A DNA stretch of 64,000 nucleotides from the IMG/VR virus record IMGVR_UViG_3300029305_003176; one strand, 5' to 3'. The notes below the pieces were generated by a model that was not told the DNA's origin, ran no database searches, and saw only the letters and a program-made list of their open reading frames with translations. Numbering within the stretch: the stretch's first letter is position 1; every line of letters begins with the position of its first letter. This stretch comes from a virus. Both the position numbers and the translations under genes were made by a program. Below are positions 24,600 through 34,421 of this stretch, piece by piece.

Positions 24600-26181
24600 C
24601 ATTAAAGCAGATTGTCGTGGAATGCACGAAATTGATATATTTGACACAATTATGCAACAAAGAGGGATTGAGGATATAGAGCACTTTCTTAATCCTACAG
24701 AAGAAGATTTGTTGCCACTTAATAGTTTAATAAATATAGACAAAGCGTATAGCATTTTAATGAAGCATATTGAGAATGGTAATAAAATATCAACTTTGTT
24801 CGATGTGGATGTAGATGGAATTACGGCAGGTACAATTATGACAAGATACCTTAGAAATCTTGGCGTAGAATGTCAGACATTTATTAACGAAGGTAAAGCA
24901 CATGGTTTATTAGGACAAGATTTAGATAGATTTAAAAATACCCAACTTCTTATAGTGGTGGATAGTTTAGATGCTAACGCAGATAACTATGCAAAATTAA
25001 AGGAGCAAGGTATGGATATAATTGTTCTTGACCACCACGCAGTTAATCCAGATGTATCATATGATGATTATGTTACATTAGTTACTTCTCAGATTGATTA
25101 CGACAATCCAGCATTATCAGGAGCTGGTGTTGTGTGGAAATTCTGTAAGTACTGTGATAAACAAGAACTTACTGATTACGCAGATGAACTGACTGATCTT
25201 GCGGCTTGTGGACTTGTCGCTGATATGATGGATATGACTAATATGGAAAATAGATATATCGTATCAAAAGGCTTAGAAAAGATTAATAATCTTGCATTAA
25301 AGAAGATTATTGGTAGTTACGAATTTAATAGTACTGCAATTGCATTCAGTGCTGCACCTTTGGTAAATGCGGCAAACCGTTTGAATAAAAATGAATATGC
25401 TATGAATGCATTCTTATCAGATGATAATAAAGAAGTTCTTTCATATATGAAAGTTCTTAAAAACTGTAAAGAAGAACAAAATAATTTGGTTGCAGAACTT
25501 ATGTCTGATATTACAGAACAATGCGAAAAACAGTTAAATAAAAAGATGATTGCTGTATTTATTGAAACAGAATATGGCATTGCCGGACTAATTGGTAATA
25601 AGATTCTTGAAAAATACCAAAGACCATTGCTTATTTTAAAGGATTGTGGAGACATATATTCCGGTTCAATGAGAGCTGTTGGGGTGGAAGACTTCAGACA
25701 AATGTGCGAAGATAGTGGATTAGCAGAAGCAAAAGGTCATGAATTGACAAGTGGTATTACTATTAAGAAATGTGACTTTGAACAGTTTTGTGATTATATT
25801 GAAAAAGAGTTAGCACAAGTTGATTTTAATGTAGAAGTCGATGTTGATATTAAGATAAATATAAATGATATTACAAGAAGTTTAGTAGACAAAATTAAAA
25901 TGATTGATAGGATTTCCGGCTCCGGATTCAAGCCAGTGAAGTGTTTAGTGGAAGGCATGACAGAATATGAAGTTGGTCAGATGTCAGATTATAAACACTT
26001 AGTATTAAAGCCTAATGATTATTTACAGGTTATTAAGTGGAATTTTAATGGTTCTTTTGATGATTTTGAAGATTATTCAATTATGAATGAAGAAGTTAAG
26101 GTTGTAGGTAGTCTTGACTCAGGATTTTTTGGTAGGAAATTTACACTAAAAGTTATTTGTGACGAAATTAATGTAGCGTAG
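24583..26181 (+). CDS. DHH-family phosphoesterase (RecJ-like ssDNA exonuclease)
   Basis: DVDVDGITAG (motif I), VVDSLD, IIVLDHHAV (DHH motif). Confidence 0.65.
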   Translation: MKTKYNIKADCRGMHEIDIFDTIMQQRGIEDIEHFLNPTEEDLLPLNSLINIDKAYSILMKHIENGNKISTLFDVDVDGITAGTIMTRYLRNLGVECQTFINEGKAHGLLGQDLDRFKNTQLLIVVDSLDANADNYAKLKEQGMDIIVLDHHAVNPDVSYDDYVTLVTSQIDYDNPALSGAGVVWKFCKYCDKQELTDYADELTDLAACGLVADMMDMTNMENRYIVSKGLEKINNLALKKIIGSYEFNSTAIAFSAAPLVNAANRLNKNEYAMNAFLSDDNKEVLSYMKVLKNCKEEQNNLVAELMSDITEQCEKQLNKKMIAVFIETEYGIAGLIGNKILEKYQRPLLILKDCGDIYSGSMRAVGVEDFRQMCEDSGLAEAKGHELTSGITIKKCDFEQFCDYIEKELAQVDFNVEVDVDIKININDITRSLVDKIKMIDRISGSGFKPVKCLVEGMTEYEVGQMSDYKHLVLKPNDYLQVIKWNFNGSFDDFEDYSIMNEEVKVVGSLDSGFFGRKFTLKVICDEINVA

Positions 26182-26189
26182 GAGACAGG

Positions 26190-29100
26190 ATGAAAAAACT
26201 TATTGAAAAGATTATTCCAAATTTAAAATTTAATTTCCCATATTCAGTAGAAGATTATGCTGAAAATTTATATCTTGAGAATTATCATTGTCATAAAGAT
26301 TTCAGTAATACATCTACTCCTGACTGTGGGGAATCATTAAAGGAATATGTGAAAAGAATTAAAGAGTTTGGCAGCAAGTGTTTGTTTTCTGCAGAACATG
26401 GAACGCAGGGTAATCAGTTTGAAGTTTATACATTAGCAGAAAAAGAAAAGCTCCGTTATAGACACTCAACTGAAGCCTATTGGGTTAAAGATAGACACGA
26501 AAATGATAGAACTAATTGTCACATATATTTATGTGCAACAAATGCAGAAGGCAGAAGAGATATTAACTTTGCATTATCAAGAGCCAATGAAGATGGTTAC
26601 TACTATAAACCACGTCTAGATATTGAATTATTATTTGATATTCCTAAAGACAATGTAATAATTACATCTGCCTGCATCGCAGGTTGGAACTATGATGATG
26701 CAGAGGATATTTGGCTGAAGATTTGGAAACATTTTGGAGATAATTTTTTCTTAGAGGTTCAAGCCAACAATACAGAGCCACAGAAAAAACTTAACAAGAA
26801 AATACTTGAAATGTCAAAGAAATATGGTATTCAGATTATTGCCGGACTGGACTCTCATTATGTTGAAGATACAGGAAGAATAAAAAGAGATCAGATACTT
26901 ACATATAAAAATGTTAGTTATCCGGAAGAAGAAGGGTGGTTTATGGACTATCCTGATACCAAGACTCTTATTGAAAGATTTAGAACTCAGGGGATTTTAT
27001 CTGACGAAGAAATACTTACTGCAATTATGAATACCAATGTATTTGTAAGTGATAAAATCGAAGAGATTGTTTTAGATAGAAGTTTTAAGATTCCAAGTGT
27101 TCACAAGAATAAATCTTATAAAGAAAAATGTGATATTTATAAGAAAGAATTAAACAAAGCATATGCAAAAGAGAAGCATAAATCAAAGGAAAAAGCTGAT
27201 GGTATAAGATATGAAGCAAAGCAAGTTATGGATTCAGGAGTTGTTGATTACTTCTTGACAAGTAAAAAAATTATTGATGATGCAGTTAATAATGAAGGTG
27301 GTATTCTTACAACAACATCAAGAGGTTCTGCAGCTTCGTTTATTACCAACAAAGCACTAGGGCTTACTACTGTTGATAGATTTAACGCAGATATTCCTAT
27401 TTATGCAGAGCGTTTTCTTACTAAAGAACGTGTAGATGCAGGCATGATGCCTGATATTGATCTTAATATAGCAGAGCAAGAACCTTTTGTTAGAGCAACA
27501 AAGAAGTTATTAGGAGAACATGGTTGCTATCCTTTAATGGCAGTTGAAAAGCTTAAAGAAAAAGCTGCTTGGCAGTTATATGCTGGTGCAAATAATGTTG
27601 AACCTTCTGTTGTTAATCAAATATCTAAATATCTTGATGAATATAACAAAGTAATGAAATATGCAGATGAAGATGAAAAAGAAGATATTCATGTAGAAGA
27701 TTTTATCCCTGAAGAATATATAGAACTTTTTAAACAAAGTAATGATTATCAAGGAATTACAATTAATCTTAAGTGTCATGCTTGTGGTCACTTCATTTTT
27801 GATGGCGACATTAGAAGAGAAGTTGGTTTAATAAGTGCTATTTCTGAATCAACCGGAAAGAGAACATTATGTGCTGCGATTGAAGGAAAATATCTTGATG
27901 ACTTTGGATATGTCAAAGAAGACTTCCTTATTGTAGATTCAGTTCATCTCACTTATAAATTCTTTCAAAGTATAGGACAGAAAGTTCCTTCTTTTGAAGA
28001 ACTTCGTGAGATGATTGATGGAGATAAGAAGACTTGGGATATATATGAAAAAGGCATAACTTGTTGTGTTAATCAATGTGAAAAGGAATCCACATCAAAT
28101 AAAGGACGTAGATATAAACCACAAAATATTGCAGAGCTTGCTAGTTTTATAGCAGGAATACGCCCAGGCTTTTCTTCATTATTAAATACTTTTCTTAATC
28201 GAGAAGAATATACTACAGGTGAACCAAAGATTGATGAGTTATTAACGGATACTTCTCATTTTATGATATATCAAGAATCAATTATGAAAGTATTGTCTTT
28301 CTTGGGATTACCGATGGGAGAAACTTATGCCGTAATCAAAAATATTTCAAAGAAAAAGTATTTACAACATCCGGAAATGTTAAAAGAGCTAAAGGAACGT
28401 CTCATTAAAGGATGGAAAGAAAAGATTGGAGATACAAAGAATTTTGAAAAGGTATGGAAAGTTATAGAATCAAGTGGAGCATATGCTTTCAACTCTCCGC
28501 ATGCTTGGTCAATGGCAGGGGATTCTGTTTACCAAGCTTGGTTTAAAGCACATCATACAAAGAAGTTTTATGAGGTAGCAATTAACCATTATCAAGAAAA
28601 GGGCAAGAAAGATAAAATTGATGCTCTTGTAAAAGAAGCAATTACTCATTTTGGATATTCTCTTGGTGATTACAGATTTGGAGCAGACAATAGAACTGTA
28701 AATATTGATGAAGAAAAACATTTGATTTATCCTAATCTTTCTAGCATTAAAGGGTTTGGAGATGGAATTGCTATTACTTTATATCAGTTAGGTCAAGGGC
28801 ATTATAATTCTTTTGTCGATGTTTTAAAGGTATTATATTCTAATTCAATTAATAAAACGGTGGTTGATAAACTAATCAGAATTGATTACTTTGAACAGTT
28901 TGGCGATGTAAATACATTATTAGAAATTACAAAGTATTATGAACTGTTAAAAGGTGAAGAGACAAAAGAAATTTCTAAAGACAAAGCAGAGAAGAATGGT
29001 TTGCCTTTTGAATTATTAAGCAAACACGGACATGAAACTGCTAAACAATTCAATAAAATAGATTCTGTAAGCTTGTTAAACGAATTAGTAAGTAATATTC

Positions 29101-29480
29101 CATATCGTGAATTAACTTTGAAAGAAAAATTAGATAATCAAAGTGATGTGTTAGGCATTATTACATACAGTAATCCTGATGTAGATAAGCACTTATTCTA
29201 TGTAAGTGAGTTAGATATTAAGAAAACCATTATTAACATCAAGTTATACGAAATCTGCACAGGGAAAACAAGAGAAGTAAAGATGTGGGCAAGAGGATTT
29301 AACTCAGACCCATTCAATCAAAACGACATTTTATTTATCTCTTCTATTAAAAAAGATAACAAAAAAGAACCTACTGGTGAGATAAATCCAGAAACCGGTA
29401 AGAAAATTTATAAGTCTGTACCTGACAAATATGAATATTGGTTGCAGAAATATATTATAAAGGATGGTGCAGATTTATGA
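26190..29480 (+). CDS. DNA polymerase III alpha subunit (PHP domain + polymerase core; DnaE/PolC family)
   Basis: 1096 aa. N-terminal PHP motif NYHCHKDFSNTS…AEHGT. Size and position in the replication module. Confidence 0.65.
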   Translation: MKKLIEKIIPNLKFNFPYSVEDYAENLYLENYHCHKDFSNTSTPDCGESLKEYVKRIKEFGSKCLFSAEHGTQGNQFEVYTLAEKEKLRYRHSTEAYWVKDRHENDRTNCHIYLCATNAEGRRDINFALSRANEDGYYYKPRLDIELLFDIPKDNVIITSACIAGWNYDDAEDIWLKIWKHFGDNFFLEVQANNTEPQKKLNKKILEMSKKYGIQIIAGLDSHYVEDTGRIKRDQILTYKNVSYPEEEGWFMDYPDTKTLIERFRTQGILSDEEILTAIMNTNVFVSDKIEEIVLDRSFKIPSVHKNKSYKEKCDIYKKELNKAYAKEKHKSKEKADGIRYEAKQVMDSGVVDYFLTSKKIIDDAVNNEGGILTTTSRGSAASFITNKALGLTTVDRFNADIPIYAERFLTKERVDAGMMPDIDLNIAEQEPFVRATKKLLGEHGCYPLMAVEKLKEKAAWQLYAGANNVEPSVVNQISKYLDEYNKVMKYADEDEKEDIHVEDFIPEEYIELFKQSNDYQGITINLKCHACGHFIFDGDIRREVGLISAISESTGKRTLCAAIEGKYLDDFGYVKEDFLIVDSVHLTYKFFQSIGQKVPSFEELREMIDGDKKTWDIYEKGITCCVNQCEKESTSNKGRRYKPQNIAELASFIAGIRPGFSSLLNTFLNREEYTTGEPKIDELLTDTSHFMIYQESIMKVLSFLGLPMGETYAVIKNISKKKYLQHPEMLKELKERLIKGWKEKIGDTKNFEKVWKVIESSGAYAFNSPHAWSMAGDSVYQAWFKAHHTKKFYEVAINHYQEKGKKDKIDALVKEAITHFGYSLGDYRFGADNRTVNIDEEKHLIYPNLSSIKGFGDGIAITLYQLGQGHYNSFVDVLKVLYSNSINKTVVDKLIRIDYFEQFGDVNTLLEITKYYELLKGEETKEISKDKAEKNGLPFELLSKHGHETAKQFNKIDSVSLLNELVSNIPYRELTLKEKLDNQSDVLGIITYSNPDVDKHLFYVSELDIKKTIINIKLYEICTGKTREVKMWARGFNSDPFNQNDILFISSIKKDNKKEPTGEINPETGKKIYKSVPDKYEYWLQKYIIKDGADL

Positions 29481-30007
29481 TAGAAGTTTACAAATATACA
29501 GACAAGGAGATGGAGGAATTAATTTCCTCCATGACCATCCTTGTTGATACACGTGAAAAGCAGAATTCTCATATACTTGAATACTTTGATAAAAAAGGAA
29601 TTGCATATAAAACTAAAGCTCTTGACCGTGGTGATTACAGTTTTATGATACCGCAGAATGAGAAGCTTGGTATACCAAGAGATCTATATTTTATGAATAA
29701 AGTTATCATAGAGAGAAAAGGTAGCTTAGAAGAATTAAGTGGGAACTTGACACAAGAGAGAGATCGCTTTGAGAAAGAATTGTGTTTGGCACCAAAAGAT
29801 AAAGTATTGCTAGTTGAGAATGCTAACTATTCTGATATTGCCACGGGCAATTATAATACTAAGTATAATAAGAAATCTTATTGGGGTGCAATCCATAGTT
29901 TCTGGTTTAAATATAATATTCCGGTATTTTTTATGCCAGACAAACAGTATTCGGGATTATTTATAAGAGGATATTTTGAATATTTCTTAAAGAATTATAT
30001 TAGATAG
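29438..30007 (+). CDS. ERCC4-type (XPF/Mus81/Hef-like) nuclease, probable branched-DNA/Holliday-junction resolvase
   Basis: ERCC4 signature VDTREKQ…LDRGDYSF…IERKGSLEEL (GDxn-ERK). The true start is probably the ATG near 29478 (MIEVYKY…), because 29438 overlaps the polymerase gene. Confidence 0.55.
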   Translation: MVAEIYYKGWCRFMIEVYKYTDKEMEELISSMTILVDTREKQNSHILEYFDKKGIAYKTKALDRGDYSFMIPQNEKLGIPRDLYFMNKVIIERKGSLEELSGNLTQERDRFEKELCLAPKDKVLLVENANYSDIATGNYNTKYNKKSYWGAIHSFWFKYNIPVFFMPDKQYSGLFIRGYFEYFLKNYIR

Positions 30008-30017
30008 GGATAAGTCT

Positions 30018-30281
30018 ATGCTAGAAAAAGGTCAAACAATATATTATGCTCGTATACTTGAAAAGGTATATATGTATGAGGTATATGAGCTTAAAGTAAG
30101 AACTATAGCAGACACATGGTTTTCTGCTACTGATAAAAATACAAAACAAGCATTTCTATTTAGTAAGAACGATATAGGAATTTCAATATTTCTAAATAGA
30201 AAGGAAGCGTTAAATAAAGTTAAGGCTGCTGAAAAGAATAAGAAAGTAGTAAGTAGCGAAGTGTATTATGAAGAGTATTAG
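30018..30281 (+). CDS. hypothetical protein (87 aa)
   Basis: ORF with RBS agggataag. Confidence 0.3.
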   Translation: MLEKGQTIYYARILEKVYMYEVYELKVRTIADTWFSATDKNTKQAFLFSKNDIGISIFLNRKEALNKVKAAEKNKKVVSSEVYYEEY

Positions 30282-30560
30282 GGAGTGATATAGTAACAGC
30301 AAAAGAACGTATTGAAAATGCAGGATATGAAGATGTAATTACCTTTAAAAATCCAGACTATGACGATGCTTTTATTGGTGTTACAACTAAAAATATAGCA
30401 GTATATGATTTTAATAAAATGGTTGAATGGTTAGTTAATAAAGAAGGAATGGATTACGAAGAAGCTATTGAATTTATTGATCGGAACGATAGTTTTTATT
30501 ATGGAGAAGGATATCCTCTTATAATCTATTCAATTAACTAAATAAAATTATTTTTATGTA

Positions 30561-30591
30561 TTGACAAAACGCAGAAAGATGTTATTATAAG
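30561..30591 (+). promoter_or_regulatory. sigma70-like promoter (TTGACA-17-ATTATAAG) ahead of the methyltransferase genes
   Basis: Direct read. It is preceded by the recurring AACTAAATAAAATTATTTT motif. Confidence 0.45.
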
Positions 30592-30675
30592 ACTCGTAAT
30601 TTAACTAATTAAAATTATCAGAAAGGAAAAAGTTAGGTAGCTACTAAGGACATGTCCCTTTCTAAAAAAAACAAA

Positions 30676-30732
30676 ATGCAAGGATTTAATAATATTTATA
30701 ATGAAGATTGTATCACATTTATGGGGGGTTAG
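30676..30732 (+). pseudogene. N-terminal 18 codons (MQGFNNIYNEDCITFMGG) of the methyltransferase at 30708..31328, out of frame because of a G6 homopolymer tract (30723-30728)
   Basis: ATG at 30676 with RBS-compatible spacing. The canonical MTase N-terminus NxIYxxDCxxxM runs into a stop right after GGGGGG. One extra G would fuse it in frame to …GLDDNSVDLTLTDIPY…. Confidence 0.55.
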
Positions 30733-31328
30733 ACGATAACTCAGTAGATCTCACATTAACGGATATCCCATATGGAGAAGTTAATAGAGATAGTAATGGA
30801 TTAAGAACATTAGATAAAGAAGAAGCTGATACAATGACATTTGATTTACAAGATTTTCTACCAGAGGTTTATCGTGTGACTAAAGGTACAATTATTATTT
30901 TTTGTGGCAAAGAACAATTATCAGAAATACATAAATTCTTTTCAGATAAGCAAAAGAAAAATAAAGGAACTGTAAGACAATTAATTTGGAAGAAAACAAA
31001 TCCAAGTCCAATGAACGGAGACTATATTTACCTGTCAGGAATTGAAAATGCCATATGGTTTAAAAAACGTGGCAGCACATTTAATGCTCATTGCAAAAAT
31101 ACAGTATTTGAATATCCCTGCGGAAGAAGTAAATTACATCCAACAGAAAAGAATCATGGCTTGTTAAAGGAATTGATTTTGGATAATTCTAATGCAGGAG
31201 ATATTGTGTTCGATCCGTGCGCAGGAAGTGGTTCGCATTTACTTGTTGCAAGAGACAACGGCAGAAAATGGATTGGAACTGAAAAAACTAAAAAATATTT
31301 TGATATAGCGAGTGAAAGACTTGGATAA
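30708..31328 (+). CDS. beta-class N4/N6 DNA methyltransferase (motif IV DIPY before motif I FDPCAGSGS), 5' end frameshifted at a poly-G tract
   Basis: LTLTDIPYGE (DPPY-type) and VFDPCAGSGSHLLVA (FxGxG SAM motif). The track start is a TTG inside the frameshifted N-terminus. Confidence 0.6.
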   Translation: MYHIYGGLDDNSVDLTLTDIPYGEVNRDSNGLRTLDKEEADTMTFDLQDFLPEVYRVTKGTIIIFCGKEQLSEIHKFFSDKQKKNKGTVRQLIWKKTNPSPMNGDYIYLSGIENAIWFKKRGSTFNAHCKNTVFEYPCGRSKLHPTEKNHGLLKELILDNSNAGDIVFDPCAGSGSHLLVARDNGRKWIGTEKTKKYFDIASERLG

Positions 31329-31365
31329 AAATACAAACTAAATAAAATTATTTAAGGATGTTAAA

Positions 31366-31896
31366 ATGAAGAAAATGATAAACAGTAGAGAAGTGTTATA
31401 TTCGCCAGGTGCGAATGATGAATGTATAACTTTAGACTATGCAGTAAAACCCATTTTAAAATATATACCTAAAGATTGGGTAGTATGGTGCCCGTTTGAT
31501 AAAGAAGATAGTGAATTTGTTAAACAAATTAAAGCTAATGGTAACAAGATAATTTACTCACATATAGATTATGGACAAGATTTTTATACATATGAACCAG
31601 AAGAACATTGGGATTGTATTATCAGCAATCCTCCATTTACAAACAAACGTAAAATTTTTGAACGTGTATTGAGTTTTGGGAAGCTATTTGCTTTGATAGC
31701 ACCAAATACATGGTGGAATGATGCAGCACCTTATTATTTGTTTAAGGATAAAGATTTACAAATATTATCTTTTAATAAAAGAATGAAATTTTTTAATAAA
31801 GGTGTTGTTCAAAATAAAATCACTTTTATGAGTGCTTATTGGTGCTACAATTTCTTACCTAAACAAATTATATTTGAAGAATTAAAAATAGACTAA
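31366..31896 (+). CDS. small phage Dam-like N6-adenine DNA methyltransferase (NPPF motif)
   Basis: DCIISNPPFTNKRK is motif IV of N6-adenine MTases. At 176 aa, the size fits the compact phage Dam family. Confidence 0.5.
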   Translation: MKKMINSREVLYSPGANDECITLDYAVKPILKYIPKDWVVWCPFDKEDSEFVKQIKANGNKIIYSHIDYGQDFYTYEPEEHWDCIISNPPFTNKRKIFERVLSFGKLFALIAPNTWWNDAAPYYLFKDKDLQILSFNKRMKFFNKGVVQNKITFMSAYWCYNFLPKQIIFEELKID

Positions 31897-31918
31897 TCAA
31901 AATTATATGAGGTAAAAT

Positions 31919-32503
31919 ATGAAAAGAATAATAGCAATATTTATTTTAATAACATTTGTTTTTCTTCCCTGGGTTTGTATTCAGGGAGAAGATTCAAAAA
32001 AATGCGAAACTGAAGAAACAACAACAATACAACAAGAAATTACTTTACAACCGATTGCACCACCAGTTGTAGGAAAACCAAAAGTAGAAGAAACAGAAGA
32101 AACCACTGAAAAACCTACTGAAGAACCTGCAACTGAAAATAGTACACCTAAGTTATACGAAGTATTCACATTAGAAGAAATATACCTTATTCAAAGATGT
32201 GTTGAGACAGAATGCTATACAGCAGATGTTAAATCTAAAACCAATGTAGCTTGCGTAATATTTAATAGATTTAAAGACAGAAGATTTGGTAGTAGTATCA
32301 CAGAAATAATAACAAAACCTAATCAGTTCAGTTATTTTAGAACTGAAATTAGCAATACAACAATTCAAGCAGTAGAAGAGGCATGGGAACAAGATATTAC
32401 TCAAGGTGCTTTGTACTTCCATAGTAGCAATTATAATGGCAACTTTGATAGATTTGCTACATTCTTGTTTAAAGATGATATAGGACATCATTTTTATAAA
32501 TAA
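31919..32503 (+). CDS. secreted SleB/CwlJ-family cell-wall hydrolase
   Basis: N-terminal signal/TM (MKRIIAIFILITFVFLPWVC), a Thr/Glu/Pro-rich linker, then a Hydrolase_2-like core LIQRCVETECY…VACVIFNRFKDRRFGSSITEIITKPNQFS. Confidence 0.5.
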   Translation: MKRIIAIFILITFVFLPWVCIQGEDSKKCETEETTTIQQEITLQPIAPPVVGKPKVEETEETTEKPTEEPATENSTPKLYEVFTLEEIYLIQRCVETECYTADVKSKTNVACVIFNRFKDRRFGSSITEIITKPNQFSYFRTEISNTTIQAVEEAWEQDITQGALYFHSSNYNGNFDRFATFLFKDDIGHHFYK

Positions 32504-32522
32504 ATATTTTTAGGAGGAAGAA

Positions 32523-33203
32523 ATGGGAAAGGTAATAATTCAAGATTATACATACAAATACCCAATACAAATGATAGGGACAGAAGCTGGAATGTGTTAT
32601 GGAAGTGATATCACTGACAAAGAAAAGAACTATAAACGTGGAATTGATTGTTTAGAAAATAACCATGGTCGTACATGGGAATTCCCTGATGTTTATATGA
32701 TTTTAGATGGATATTCTGCAAGAGTTTTTAGGGAGTGGTATACACATATAGGTGGAATGCCAACTCGTTTACAAGCTTCAACGAGATATATTAATTATCA
32801 AGATGGATTTGATTATTTTACACCACCTTCTATTGAAAACAATAGTTTGGCAAAATTCAAGTACGACACAATGATGAGAAATATTTCTAATACCCTTAAA
32901 GAATTAGAAGATATGGGCATTCCAAGAGAAGATTCTGCAAACGGCTTACCATTAGGAATGGAGTCAAAAGTTGTTTGCAAACATAACTTTAGAAATCTTG
33001 CAGATATGTCAAATCAAAGAGAATGTACAAGAGCGTATCACGAATATAGAAAGTTGTTTAAGGATATTTGTGTTGCCCTATCTGAGTATTCTGATGAGTG
33101 GAAATATCTTGTAGAAAATTATTTTATGCCTAAATGTGATAGATATGGCTATTGCACTGAAAAGAAATCGTGTGGCAGAAAACCTAAAAAGGAGGCGATT
33201 TAA
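32523..33203 (+). CDS. ThyX-like flavin-dependent thymidylate synthase (divergent: RHR motif replaced by THI)
   Basis: HGRTWEFPDVYMILDGYSARVFREWYTHIGGMPTRLQASTRY aligns to the ThyX core gHgSpfEH…isRa…RHR…SqRY. The S-x-RY part is conserved, but the RHR triad reads THI. Confidence 0.45.
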   Translation: MGKVIIQDYTYKYPIQMIGTEAGMCYGSDITDKEKNYKRGIDCLENNHGRTWEFPDVYMILDGYSARVFREWYTHIGGMPTRLQASTRYINYQDGFDYFTPPSIENNSLAKFKYDTMMRNISNTLKELEDMGIPREDSANGLPLGMESKVVCKHNFRNLADMSNQRECTRAYHEYRKLFKDICVALSEYSDEWKYLVENYFMPKCDRYGYCTEKKSCGRKPKKEAI

Positions 33204-33748
33204 TGATAGTACTCTGTGGAATGACATCATCTGGCAAGGACACCATTCAAAAAGAATTAATCAAATTAGGAATGAAATCTGTAGTGTCATATACTACAAG
33301 ACCAATGAGAAAAGGCGAAACAGAAGGCGTAGAATACCACTTTATTACAAAAGAAGATTTTTTAAAGAAAGAATCTGAGAACTTTTTTGCAGAAACAACT
33401 TCTTATAATGTGGCCACTAAAGAAACTTGGTACTATGGCACTGCTAAAGAAGATTTAACAGATGACAAAGTGGTTATATTAAATCCCGATGGTATTAGAC
33501 AGATTAAAAAATGCGAAGGGATTAATCCAATAATATTCTACATTCATTCTGAACTTGACACTATTAAAAAAAGATTGCTTCAAAGAGGAGACAACCCCGA
33601 AGAAGCAAATAGAAGAATACAAGCTGATATAGAAGATTTCAAAGATATTATGGATTATGCGCATTGTGTTATAACAAATGAAAACGTAGAGCCTTATATT
33701 TTAGGAGAGACAATTAGAGGATTATACAACAAACACAAAGGAGAATGA
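33203..33748 (+). CDS. guanylate-kinase-like (d)NMP kinase
   Basis: P-loop CGMTSSGKDT and the guanylate kinase signature YTTRPMRKGETEGVEYHF. Confidence 0.55.
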   Translation: MIVLCGMTSSGKDTIQKELIKLGMKSVVSYTTRPMRKGETEGVEYHFITKEDFLKKESENFFAETTSYNVATKETWYYGTAKEDLTDDKVVILNPDGIRQIKKCEGINPIIFYIHSELDTIKKRLLQRGDNPEEANRRIQADIEDFKDIMDYAHCVITNENVEPYILGETIRGLYNKHKGE

Positions 33749-33851
33749 TTATGGATTTGATTGCAGGACTAATAATAGGTTTTATTGTAGGTTTATTTAT
33801 GGGCATAGGGTTAATGGCACTTTGTCAAATTCAAAAAATGGATAGATAGGA

Positions 33852-34421
33852 GTGGTATTTATTAAGAAGAAAATTTTTATTGATTATGATGGTGTTATTG
33901 TAAACACCATAAAAGCCATCGTATCTCTCTATGAGGACGATTTTTGTGCTTACAAAAAGTACGAGCCTATTGATTGGGAAAATATCAATACATGGAATTT
34001 TGAAGAATTAAAAGCAGCTACGCCAGATTACATTAACACATATTTCAACCAGCCGAGATTTTTCAGAACTGTACAATTTATGAAAGATGCTAAGTATTAC
34101 ATTGGAAGGTTATCTGAAGAATATGATATAACAGTTGTCTCTGCCGGTTATAGTCCTAATCTGGTTTTAAAAGAAAAATGGATTAAAGAACATTTACCAT
34201 ACTGTAAGTTTGTAGGAGTAAATTATAAAGAATACTCTGACAAGTCACATATTGATATGAGTGATGGTGTGTTTATTGATGATAGTGCAAGCAATCTAAT
34301 CACATCAAATGCTAAGACAAGAATTTGTTTTGGTAAACAATATCCTTGGAATGAAAAATGGCAAGGCATTAGATGTAACGATTGGTTTGAAATATATAAT
34401 ATTTTAGGAGGTGAAAAATGA
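33852..34421 (+). CDS. HAD-superfamily 5'(3')-deoxyribonucleotidase-like protein
   Basis: N-terminal IDYDGVIVNT (DxDGV nucleophile motif of NT5C-type HAD phosphatases). Confidence 0.45.
   Translation: MVFIKKKIFIDYDGVIVNTIKAIVSLYEDDFCAYKKYEPIDWENINTWNFEELKAATPDYINTYFNQPRFFRTVQFMKDAKYYIGRLSEEYDITVVSAGYSPNLVLKEKWIKEHLPYCKFVGVNYKEYSDKSHIDMSDGVFIDDSASNLITSNAKTRICFGKQYPWNEKWQGIRCNDWFEIYNILGGEK

Noticed and set aside
29438-29480. The 43-nt overlap of the ERCC4-nuclease ORF with the DNA polymerase gene as a programmed frameshift or fusion.
   Set aside because: An in-frame ATG with plausible spacing occurs at about 29478 (MIEVYKY…). The upstream extension is most simply an ORF-finder artefact.
30282-30540. 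A possible 86-codon open frame (…TAKERIENAGYEDVITFKNPDYDDAF…) between 30281 and the promoter at 30561, absent from the track.
   Set aside because: No ATG/GTG/TTG start exists upstream of an internal Met 40 codons from the end, so at most a 40-aa protein could be made from a standard start. It may be a frameshifted C-terminal extension of the preceding gene or a remnant, and the evidence is insufficient to call it.
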